This document shows, in pieces, positions 10,017 to 18,240 of a stretch of 64,000 nucleotides of DNA. Made by a program: the position numbers and the translations under genes. Below the pieces are notes generated by a model, which worked only from the letters and a program-made list of their open reading frames with translations, was not told the DNA's origin and did not search any database. The stretch comes from an uncultured Desulfobacter sp. (lineage in GTDB: Bacteria > Desulfobacterota > Desulfobacteria > Desulfobacterales > Desulfobacteraceae). How positions within the stretch are numbered: the stretch's first letter is position 1; every line of letters starts with the position of its first letter. The stretch covers positions 4,928,001 to 4,992,000 of the forward strand of contig OY762069.1 of assembly GCA_963665095.1 (NCBI GenBank), read 5' to 3'.

Positions 10017-10922
10017 TTGACGCTCAGACAACTTGAACTTTTTCTTGCATTAGTGAAGACTCCCCATTTAAGTCAAGTAGCCAAGGATTTTGGTTTAACC
10101 CAGTCCGCTGTATCCATGGCCATAAAATCCCTTGAAGAACGCTTGGGAAAACAGCTGTTCGACCGTATTCACAAACGGCTGGTGGTAAATGAGAATGGTC
10201 GGTATTTTTATCGGATGGTTGAGCCCCTTGTTTTTGGTTTACGGGAAAGTGAGACCATGTTCAGGGACCAGGATCTGGTCGGGGATATCAAAATCGGAGC
10301 ATCTTCTTCTATTGCCAACTATATTCTGCCCCAGATCATTTATGAATTTGCTGAGTTGTATGAAGGGGTCAAAGTCGAGAAAATTACAGGCAACACAATA
10401 GAGATCGGCCGGCTCATTGAAGAAGGAGATGTGGACATCGGTTTTGTTGAGGCGGATTATAACAGTTCTGAGATTGAGAGGGAGGTTTTGGGGCTTGATG
10501 AGCTATATGTGGTGACAGGGGACCCGGCACTTGTGCAGGAAGAGGAGTACCGCATGGACGAGCTGCTGTCCAAGCGCTGGATTTTCAGGGAGGAGGGGTC
10601 TGGTACCCGGGAGGTCTTCCTTTATTATATGGAAAAATATAAGAAAAGGTTTAAACCGTTTCTGGAAGTGGGCCACACTGAGGCGGTTAAATCGGTTCTA
10701 GCGAACAAGGGAGCTGTCAGTTGTTTGTCAAGGATTTCTGTGATGAACGAGCTTTTAGCCGGCCAGCTTTTCCGCTTGAAAATTAAAGATTTTAAGTTTT
10801 CAAGGTCGTTTTATACCATCTGGCATAAAAATAAATATTTCAGCGCGGTTCTTCAGGAGTTCCTTTATTATACCAAGGAGCGGTATAAAGCCGTATACGA
10901 AACCCAGGCCCATACGAATTAG
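10017..10922 (+). CDS. LysR-family regulator, YeiE/CysL-like
   Basis: TLRQL...TQSAVS...LEERLGKQLFDR HTH; GASSSIANYILP, REEGSGTRE, TEAVK motifs typical of YeiE/CysL; GGAGG before a TTG start. Confidence 0.88.
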   Translation: MTLRQLELFLALVKTPHLSQVAKDFGLTQSAVSMAIKSLEERLGKQLFDRIHKRLVVNENGRYFYRMVEPLVFGLRESETMFRDQDLVGDIKIGASSSIANYILPQIIYEFAELYEGVKVEKITGNTIEIGRLIEEGDVDIGFVEADYNSSEIEREVLGLDELYVVTGDPALVQEEEYRMDELLSKRWIFREEGSGTREVFLYYMEKYKKRFKPFLEVGHTEAVKSVLANKGAVSCLSRISVMNELLAGQLFRLKIKDFKFSRSFYTIWHKNKYFSAVLQEFLYYTKERYKAVYETQAHTN

Positions 10923-11058
10923 TGTTTGAACGAAAAGTCACCCATCTGCGGCGTTGCTGCACAAAGCTGCCAAATCATGGAATCGGGTCTCACGTACTAA
11001 AGTACGCTTGCGGTTGCAGCGTTGCTTGCGCCATCTGGGTAACTTTTCATCGAAACAC
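10922..11058. repeat. Palindromic intergenic repeat (REP/MITE-like), copy 1
   Basis: Imperfect terminal inverted repeats GTGTTTGAACGAAAAGTCACCCA / TGGGTAACTTTTCATCGAAACAC; 10934-10978 matches 46778-46822 at 44/45 nt. Confidence 0.85.
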
Positions 11059-11122
11059 AAATTTTTATCCAAAAACAAGGTTCTCGTTGAGGCTCAACTG
11101 GACTCCTTCCCTTTTATAGATG

Positions 11123-13252
11123 TTACTTCAAGGTTTTAAGCGGCGTTATCTGGGCTTTCCACTCCTCCTCAGCTGCCTGGATGGCTGTAATGGCCACGGT
11201 GTTGATGATGTCTGTCACAAGACAGCCCCGGCTTAAGTCGTTCACCGGTTTGTTCAGGCCCTGGAGGGTGGGGCCGATGGCCACGGCGCCGGAAGAGCGC
11301 TGTACAGCCTTATAAGTGTTGTTTCCTGTGTTCAGATCCGGAAAGATAAATACCGTGGCTTTGCCTGCCACCGGGGAGTCCGGCATTTTTGTTTCTGCCA
11401 CATTGGGATCAATGGCTGCGTCATACTGGATAGGCCCTTCAATGAGCAGATCCGGACGCTTTTCTCTGACGATCCGGGTGGCTTCCCGGACCTTGTCTAC
11501 ATCCTTGCCTTTGCCTGAGGTGCCGGTGGAGTAGGAGAGCATGGCAATTTTTGGTTCGATATCGAAGGTTTTGGCGGTCTCGGCCGAGGTGATGGCAATT
11601 TCAGCCAGCTGCTCGGCATTGGGATCCGGGTTGATGGCGCAGTCTCCATAGGCCAGCACCCGGTCGGAAAGGCACATGAAAAACAGCCCGGATACCGGGG
11701 TCGTCGGGTTTTTGGCTTTGATGATCTCAAATGATGGAATAATAGTGGCTGCCGTGCTGTGAATGGAACCGGATACCATTCCGTCCACATGGCCCATGTG
11801 GACCATCATGGTGCCGAAGTAGTTGACGTCTGCCACCCGGTCCCGGGCATTTTCAATGGTCATGCCTTTGTGCTTTCTTAATTGGCAGTACTCCTGGGCA
11901 TAAGTTTCAAGCAGATCTGAGGTTGCAGGATCTATGATTTGAAAGGTTTCCATGCGCAGGCCAAGGTTTCTGATTTTCTGGCGGATCTTTTTTTCATTAC
12001 CCAGAAGGGTGATATCCACAATTTCTCTGCGTAAAAGGGTCTCAACCGCCCTGAGAATCCTGTCTTCAGTGCCTTCCGGCAGGACAATGCGCTTTTTGAA
12101 CTTCCGGGCTTTGCGGATCAGATCGTACTCAAACATTTTCGGGGTCATGATGGTGGAGTCGGTGGTGATTACTTTATTGGTAAGCCGCTCGATATCAACA
12201 TGCTGTTCAAACAGGGCCAGTGCCCGGGTGATTTTTCTTTCATCGTAGGGAGAAATCACTCCCTGAAGTTTTTCCACGCGGACGGCCGTGTTAAAGGTGT
12301 CCTCCTCAACGCCGAGTATAGGCACAGTATTGGGAATTCCTTTAATCAGTTCCCATATGGGTTTTTCAGGGATAAGGCCGCCGGTGAGAATAATACCTGA
12401 TACATTTTCAATGGAGTCTGAAGACAGTGCTGCCAGGCAGGCCACAATCACATCTCCCCGGTCTCCGGGGGTGATGATCAGGGTGCCGTGGACCATCCGG
12501 CTCAAAAGGTTCCGCAGCTGCATGGCTGCCACGGTGAATCCCCGGGCATGGCGGTAGAGCAAATTATGGCCTAAAAGCACTTTAGCGCCCAGGTAACTGG
12601 CCACTTCAGAAAGGGTGGGTCTTGACAGAATATCTTCTTCCGGTACCGCGTACAAAAGTTGCTGTTTGAATAATCCGGTTTTCCGGAACGTCTCAACTGT
12701 TTTATCAATGGCATCTGCAGGGAGTCTGTTGATGATGGTGCCGATGATGTTGCACCCTTTGCTTTCCAGAGAATCCAGGGTCATGCCGGTAAGTGTAACG
12801 GCTTCATCCAGGCTTTTGTTGTAGGCATCAGCCACTAGAAGCACCGGGCAATTCAGGTTCTGGATGATGCTGGCGTTGATATCGAACTCCACTCCGGCGG
12901 ACGATGGCACAAAATCAGTTCCCTCACACAGAATGAAATCACAGTTTTCCCTGGCGTTGTTATATTTTTCAATAATTCTTTCCAATACCTCATCCTTTTT
13001 TCCCCGACTTAAAAGATGATCCGCTTCATTCTGGGTGATGCCGTACATGGTGTCGTAGGGGCGGTCAAGGCTGTATTGGCTTGACATCAGTTCAATATCC
13101 TGATCCCAGGCTTCATCAGGATTGTTGCGGATAATAGGCCTGAAAAAGCCCACACAGTTCAATCTTCTGACAAGCATTTCCATGACGCCAAGGGCAATTG
13201 CCGATTTCCCGGCGCCTGCTTCCGTGGCTGTGATATATAGTCCGTTTGACAT
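11123..13252 (-). CDS. pta: Phosphate acetyltransferase, long form (BioD-like + DRTGG + PTA domains)
   Basis: GAGKS N-terminus, ITPGDRGD, GIILTGG, RIVLPEG, GDCAINPDP, GPIQYDAA, FPDLNTGNNTYK, QGLNKPVNDLSRG. Confidence 0.95.
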   Translation of the reverse strand: MSNGLYITATEAGAGKSAIALGVMEMLVRRLNCVGFFRPIIRNNPDEAWDQDIELMSSQYSLDRPYDTMYGITQNEADHLLSRGKKDEVLERIIEKYNNARENCDFILCEGTDFVPSSAGVEFDINASIIQNLNCPVLLVADAYNKSLDEAVTLTGMTLDSLESKGCNIIGTIINRLPADAIDKTVETFRKTGLFKQQLLYAVPEEDILSRPTLSEVASYLGAKVLLGHNLLYRHARGFTVAAMQLRNLLSRMVHGTLIITPGDRGDVIVACLAALSSDSIENVSGIILTGGLIPEKPIWELIKGIPNTVPILGVEEDTFNTAVRVEKLQGVISPYDERKITRALALFEQHVDIERLTNKVITTDSTIMTPKMFEYDLIRKARKFKKRIVLPEGTEDRILRAVETLLRREIVDITLLGNEKKIRQKIRNLGLRMETFQIIDPATSDLLETYAQEYCQLRKHKGMTIENARDRVADVNYFGTMMVHMGHVDGMVSGSIHSTAATIIPSFEIIKAKNPTTPVSGLFFMCLSDRVLAYGDCAINPDPNAEQLAEIAITSAETAKTFDIEPKIAMLSYSTGTSGKGKDVDKVREATRIVREKRPDLLIEGPIQYDAAIDPNVAETKMPDSPVAGKATVFIFPDLNTGNNTYKAVQRSSGAVAIGPTLQGLNKPVNDLSRGCLVTDIINTVAITAIQAAEEEWKAQITPLKTLK

Positions 13253-13447
13253 ATAATAATCTCCTGAAATTCAAATATAAGGACGGTCCGGTAAATTCAG
13301 TACCGTCTATGTTTACAAGGCGGGCGGTAAAGCCCGGATACGTTTATGCGTCCATGGTTGCCGTGCGATCTCTTCTTTTGCTTTTTTTATTTGGAGTCAG
13401 ATAGAAAGGGATTTAACAATAAAACCAGGAACAAAAGCCACGATATA

Positions 13448-13476
13448 AAAATAAATGATTGATTCAAGGCTGTCAA
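13448..13476 (-). promoter_or_regulatory. Candidate sigma70 promoter of pta
   Basis: Minus-strand TTGACA (13476-13471), N17, TATTTT (13453-13448). Confidence 0.4.
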
Positions 13477-13501
13477 TGTGCAGATGTGCAGGCGTTTTGT
13501 T

Positions 13502-14080
13502 TTATAGCGCCTGATCGATAAGAATCTGTGCAATGGTCTTTCTAATTTTTCCCGACTTTCCGGTCCGGCTCCTGAACGCCATTTCTATGCCGGCCATCCG
13601 GCTGTAAAAAGGAGTTCTGTCAAAGGGGATGTAAGTATGGCGGTCGAATTGACCAGCCTTGCATCCCGGGCCTTTAATAACCCCATAGCCTGGTTTGTGA
13701 AGTTCATGAGGGAGACCGTGCATCCGGCAGATCATAGGTCTGAATTCATAAAGCCTGCACTGCCCGTTTAAAAGCAGGGGGCAGGGAATTTTTTTAGATA
13801 CCGGTGAGGCTGAGCTGCTTTGGTTCGGGCCAAATGTCTGTGCGCAGTAATTGTTGGCTTTGTTTATAATTTCTTTTTGTGTTTCCGGGGAGAGCGTTTC
13901 TGTGCCGTATTTTATAAAAGCTGATTCCACGTAAGTGTGATGAAAAAAAAGGGAAAGGCAGCAGTTATCAGTGCAGCCTGTGCACTCAAACTCATAGATG
14001 CCTGCAACACGGTTCCAGGCTGTGTCCATTTCGTTGTACAGTTGTGTCAGCGGCAGAAAATGTTTAGGCATATTGGTCAT
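13502..14080 (-). CDS. YkgJ-like cysteine-cluster protein
   Basis: FECTGCTDNCC and CPLL..GQCRLYEFRPMICR motifs; start set at ATG 14080 to avoid overlap with dgt. Confidence 0.75.
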   Translation of the reverse strand: MTNMPKHFLPLTQLYNEMDTAWNRVAGIYEFECTGCTDNCCLSLFFHHTYVESAFIKYGTETLSPETQKEIINKANNYCAQTFGPNQSSSASPVSKKIPCPLLLNGQCRLYEFRPMICRMHGLPHELHKPGYGVIKGPGCKAGQFDRHTYIPFDRTPFYSRMAGIEMAFRSRTGKSGKIRKTIAQILIDQAL

Positions 14081-14124
14081 ATTGAAGTCCGGTTGAGTTT
14101 TATTGTTAAACCTGATTAAGCAAG

Positions 14125-15216
14125 CTATACCAATGGGTTGGGGAAAAACAGGCGGGTATACAGTTTCAGCGCATATCTGTCGGTCATGGAGGCAATCACA
14201 TCGCAAACAGATCGGTTTAAGGTGTTTTTTGATGAATCCCAGGGAGCCATTTCCATTTTTTCCAGTTCCAGCTGCATGTCGTCAGGATGCTCCATGAAAT
14301 AGTGATAAAGTCCGGTAATGACTTTTTTGGCCTTAACAAATTCTCCGTGGACGGCCGGGGCGCGATACACTTTTTCATACAGAAATTTTCTTAAGGCTGT
14401 CATGGCTTCCAGAGTATCCTGCCCCATGCTCAGGACAAACAGGCCATCTTGAGGGCCTGAGTTGTAGACCAGCTGTTCCATCATTGTGGATGCCCGTGCC
14501 GAGTGGGTCCGGCCCAGTTTTTTTACACAGATCTGCGGCACCTCATCCCTGGAGACGACCTTTCCGCGCAGGGCATCATCAAGGTCATGATTCAGATAGG
14601 CGATAATGTCAGCCACCCTCACGATCCTGCCTTCAATTGTGGCTGCTGTTTCCCCGGGTGTGGCGGGAATGATATTTCCAAATCCTTTGGAGTGTTTGAG
14701 AATGCCGTCCCTGACCTGGGTGGTCAGATTCAGGCCGTTTCCTCTATTTTCCAGGACATCCACCACACGTAAGCTCTGGTCCGAATGGGTAAACCGGGTG
14801 GGGTGCACCTGGATCAGGGCCGTCTCTCCACCATGTCCAAAGGGTGTATGTCCAAGGTCGTGGCCTAAGGCGATTGCCTCGGCAAGGTCTTCGTTCAGGC
14901 GCATGGCCCGGGCAATATTTCTGGCCGTTTCCGAGACTTCAAGGGTGTGAGTGAGCCGGGTGCGGTAATGGTCGCCCAAAGGAGATAAAAAAACCTGGGT
15001 TTTATACTTCAGGCGCCTGAAGGCGTTGGAATACACAATCCGGTCCCGGTCCATCTGAAAAGGGGTGCGGATGGTGCATGGGTCTGTTTCGGGATGCTGG
15101 CGCTCAGCATTTGTGCTAGGAGTACCATAACGGGACAGAAAATTGTGTTCCCGCTCCTGAAAAACTTCCCTTATGCAGGCCTTGGCTTCTGATTTATGGG
15201 ATGGTGTATTCATCAA
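14125..15216 (-). CDS. dgt: Deoxyguanosinetriphosphate triphosphohydrolase-like protein (short HD-domain type)
   Basis: RTPFQMDRDRI, FRRLKYKTQVF, RTRLTHTLEV, GHDLGHTPFGHGGE, ADIIAYLNHDLDD, IASMTDRYA. Confidence 0.92.
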   Translation of the reverse strand: MMNTPSHKSEAKACIREVFQEREHNFLSRYGTPSTNAERQHPETDPCTIRTPFQMDRDRIVYSNAFRRLKYKTQVFLSPLGDHYRTRLTHTLEVSETARNIARAMRLNEDLAEAIALGHDLGHTPFGHGGETALIQVHPTRFTHSDQSLRVVDVLENRGNGLNLTTQVRDGILKHSKGFGNIIPATPGETAATIEGRIVRVADIIAYLNHDLDDALRGKVVSRDEVPQICVKKLGRTHSARASTMMEQLVYNSGPQDGLFVLSMGQDTLEAMTALRKFLYEKVYRAPAVHGEFVKAKKVITGLYHYFMEHPDDMQLELEKMEMAPWDSSKNTLNRSVCDVIASMTDRYALKLYTRLFFPNPLV

Positions 15217-15288
15217 AATACTATTGAAATAAAATAAAAATAAAATTAAATACAGGATTTATTTAAAAAAGCAAGTGGAGGAGATCCC

Positions 15289-15807
15289 TTGGACTATACC
15301 TTCTTTATGGAAAAAGCTTTGGATCAGGCCAGAACAGCCTATAATCAAGGGCAGTTTCCCGTGGGGTGCATCATTGTTCAGAATGGCCAAGTCATCGCTA
15401 CGGGTGCCAGGGCCGGGACATCGGGAGAATTGGCTTTTTTCAGTGAAATTGACCATGCAGAGATTCGTGCGCTTAAAGCGCTGGAATCAAATTGTGCAGG
15501 GTTTGATCCTGACCAGGCGGTGCTATTTTGCACTATGGAACCCTGTCTGATGTGTTTTGCAGCAATTATTCTGGCCGGGATCAGGACCATTGTCTATGCA
15601 TATGAAGATGTTATGGGAGGCGGAACCCTTGTGGACAGACAGTCGCTGACGCCTTTGTATAAAGATGTCCATATAACAATTGTTCCCCATATCCTGCGTA
15701 AAAAAAGCCTTGATCTTTTTTATAAATTCTTTAATAACGATGCTAACTTATACTGGAAAGGCAGCCTTTTGGAATCGTATACGCTGACCCAATGGCGCAA
15801 ATCATAA
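15289..15807 (+). CDS. Zinc-dependent nucleoside/tRNA deaminase (TadA/CDA fold)
   Basis: HAE and EPCLMC zinc motifs, FMEKAL N-terminus, PVG. Confidence 0.8.
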   Translation: MDYTFFMEKALDQARTAYNQGQFPVGCIIVQNGQVIATGARAGTSGELAFFSEIDHAEIRALKALESNCAGFDPDQAVLFCTMEPCLMCFAAIILAGIRTIVYAYEDVMGGGTLVDRQSLTPLYKDVHITIVPHILRKKSLDLFYKFFNNDANLYWKGSLLESYTLTQWRKS

Positions 15808-15824
15808 GATAAATTAAATAATGC

Positions 15825-15853
15825 TTGCGTTGAACGGTAGATGTCTATATAAT
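15825..15853 (+). promoter_or_regulatory. Sigma70 promoter of the infC operon
   Basis: TTGCGT (15825-15830), N17, TATAAT (15848-15853). Confidence 0.6.
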
Positions 15854-15917
15854 TTTAAGGTTATGCTTGTTATATTGACATGATTAAATAATTTTTTGCT
15901 ACGGCGGGAGGTTGAAA

Positions 15918-16439
15918 ATATCTAAGCGAGTTAAGCAGGATCAAACAAGGGTGAATAAGGGGATCAGGGCTACTGAAGTTCGAGTTATCGGCTCTGACGG
16001 CGGACAGATTGGGATCGTGTCTGTTGCTGAGGCATTGCGTATTGCTGAAAGCGAAGAACTGGATCTGGTCGAGGTGTCTCCGGATGCCAAGCCCCCTGTC
16101 TGCAAAATAATGGATCATGGAAAGTATAAGTACGAGCTGACTAAGAAAAAACAGGAAGCCAAGAGGAAGCAGAAAAACGTTCAGATTAAGGAGATCAAGG
16201 TTCGTCCAAAAACCGGAGATCACGACCTGGCTACCAAAGTCAAGCATGTAGAAAAATTTATCAGCAATAATGATAAAGTAAAAATTACATTGGTTTTCAG
16301 GGGGCGGGAGTTCATGCTCAAAGAGCAGGCCAATGCCATTTTGGAGAAAATAGTGGAAATGACGCAAGATTTTGCCCAGGTGGAACAATATCCTAAGTTT
16401 GAAGGGCGGGTCATTACCATGCTGCTTGGTCCTAAGTGA
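15918..16439 (+). CDS. infC: Translation initiation factor IF-3 (probable ATA start)
   Basis: RVNKGIRATEVRVI, LDLVEVSP..KPPVCKIMD, KEIKVRP, FRGRE; GGAGG at 15907-15911 is 6 nt from ATA 15918 but abuts the TTG at 15912. Confidence 0.95.
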   Translation: MSKRVKQDQTRVNKGIRATEVRVIGSDGGQIGIVSVAEALRIAESEELDLVEVSPDAKPPVCKIMDHGKYKYELTKKKQEAKRKQKNVQIKEIKVRPKTGDHDLATKVKHVEKFISNNDKVKITLVFRGREFMLKEQANAILEKIVEMTQDFAQVEQYPKFEGRVITMLLGPK

Positions 16440-16574
16440 GCGCTTAACTTCTCTGCTTGTTTTTAGTGTTAAGCAGGGCTTTTATGTTGCGAATATAATT
16501 TATGTGTGGTGGTATATGGCGCATATACCGCCTTTAGTTTTTTTTAATACAAATGAACCTTAGGAGATGTTGTT

Positions 16575-16772
16575 ATGCCTAAAATCAAGACATGCCGTGC
16601 GGCTGCCAAGCGGTTTGAAAAAACCGGCTCAGGCAAATATAAATTCCGCAAATCCCATGCCAGTCATATTCTGACCAAAAAGACCACCAAGCGAAAAAGA
16701 GGATTCCGGCAACCTCAGATTGTTGCCGGCAGTGATATGAAAGAGATCCGTCGGATGCTGCCAAACGGGTAA
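16575..16772 (+). CDS. rpmI: 50S ribosomal protein L35
   Basis: MPKIKT.RAAAKRF.KTGSG, HILTKK; synteny. Confidence 0.97.
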   Translation: MPKIKTCRAAAKRFEKTGSGKYKFRKSHASHILTKKTTKRKRGFRQPQIVAGSDMKEIRRMLPNG

Positions 16773-16855
16773 GTTGCCTGCTTTGGTTTTTAATAATGAC
16801 ATAAAATTCGGCCAATACACCGGTTGGTTGACGGTATATAAGGAGTGAAGGAGCA

Positions 16856-17209
16856 ATGAGAGTTAAAAGAGGGTTTAAGGCAAGACGGCGCCGCAACAAG
16901 GTGCTTAAGCTGGCAAAAGGATTCAGGGGCGGAAGAAGCAAGCTTTACAGAACGGCAGCGGACGCCGTGGATAAGGCATTGATGTATGCGTACCGGGATC
17001 GGCGGGCTAGAAAAAGAGATTTTCGGAAATTGTGGATTGTCCGGATCAATGCCGGTGCCCGGATGAATGATCTGTCTTACTCCCGGTTAATAAATGGTTT
17101 AAAACTTACCGGCAGTGAACTGGATCGAAAAGTTCTTGCCGATCTGGCTGTATCTGACCCGGCCGGCTTCTCCCAGCTGGCTGCCCAGGCGTCTGCCAAA
17201 CTGAACTAA
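16856..17209 (+). CDS. rplT: 50S ribosomal protein L20
   Basis: [44 protein letters not shown]. Confidence 0.98.
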   Translation: MRVKRGFKARRRRNKVLKLAKGFRGGRSKLYRTAADAVDKALMYAYRDRRARKRDFRKLWIVRINAGARMNDLSYSRLINGLKLTGSELDRKVLADLAVSDPAGFSQLAAQASAKLN

Positions 17210-17230
17210 TGCGCATCATCGGGGGAAACC

Positions 17231-18238
17231 TTGCAGAACAATCTTGCAGAAATTGAAAAACAGGCCCTGGAACAAATCAGCGCAGCAGACTCAAAAGACG
17301 CACTTGAATCGGTTTCCATCCACTTTCTGGGACGTAAAGGAGTCCTCACAGGCTTTTTACGTAATATCCCGTCCCTACCGGAAGATGAGCGTCCTGCTGC
17401 CGGAAAAAACGGTAACCTGCTTAAGGTAAAACTTGAAAAGGCGGTGAAAAAGGCCGCATCGGAAATAGATGCGTCGCAGGCCGGTGCAGCAGAAGGAATA
17501 GATGTTACCCTGCCCGGCCGAGCCGTAGGTAAAGGGGCCTTGCACCCTATCACCCAGGTAATTGATGAGATTTGCGGTATATTTTTGCGTTTGGGGTTTG
17601 ATATTGCAGAAGGGCCTGAGGTTGAAACCGATTATTATAATTTTGAAGCCTTAAATATTCCCAAATACCATCCGGCCAGGGATATGCAGGATACCTTTTA
17701 TATTTCCGACAATATAGTCCTACGGACACACACCTCCGGTTCCCAGCCCCGGGTGATGGAAAAAAACGAGCCTCCGGTGCGAATCATCTCTCCGGGAAAA
17801 GTATTCCGCTGTGATTCCGATTTGACCCACACTCCCATGTTTCATCAGGTTGAGGGGTTGATGGTGGATAAGAAGATCTCCTTTGGTGATCTAAAAGGGG
17901 TGTTGACCACCTTTGTGCAGCAGTTCTTTGATAAAGATACTACCTTGAGATTCAGGCCCAGTTTTTTTCCCTTTACTGAGCCCAGTGCCGAAGTGGATAT
18001 CCGTTGTGTTATGTGCAAGGGCAAGGGGTGCAGGGTTTGTTCGCAAACCGGCTGGATCGAAATTCTGGGATCAGGCATGGTTCATCCGGCTGTGTTCGAA
18101 AATATCGGATATGACACCTCAAAGTACACAGGGTTTGCATTTGGCTTGGGAATGGAACGGGCGGCCATGCTCAAGTATGGAATTGATGATATCAGAAAAT
18201 ATTTTGAAAACGATGTACGTTTTCTAAGGCAGTTCTAA
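17231..18238 (+). CDS. pheS: Phenylalanyl-tRNA synthetase alpha subunit
   Basis: HPARDMQDTF, LRTHTS, FHQVEGL, RFRPSFFPFTEPSAE, GFAFGLGMER. Confidence 0.98.
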   Translation: MQNNLAEIEKQALEQISAADSKDALESVSIHFLGRKGVLTGFLRNIPSLPEDERPAAGKNGNLLKVKLEKAVKKAASEIDASQAGAAEGIDVTLPGRAVGKGALHPITQVIDEICGIFLRLGFDIAEGPEVETDYYNFEALNIPKYHPARDMQDTFYISDNIVLRTHTSGSQPRVMEKNEPPVRIISPGKVFRCDSDLTHTPMFHQVEGLMVDKKISFGDLKGVLTTFVQQFFDKDTTLRFRPSFFPFTEPSAEVDIRCVMCKGKGCRVCSQTGWIEILGSGMVHPAVFENIGYDTSKYTGFAFGLGMERAAMLKYGIDDIRKYFENDVRFLRQF

Positions 18239-18240
18239 TT

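Noticed and set aside
10922..11139. 65-aa and 61-aa ORFs after the LysR gene
   Set aside because: They lie over the palindromic repeat; the second copy does not keep an equivalent frame
14125..15807. dGTPase + deaminase as a nucleotide-depletion anti-phage system
   Set aside because: Short housekeeping-type dGTPase, the deaminase has no kinase domain, the genes are divergent and the context is core, not a defence island
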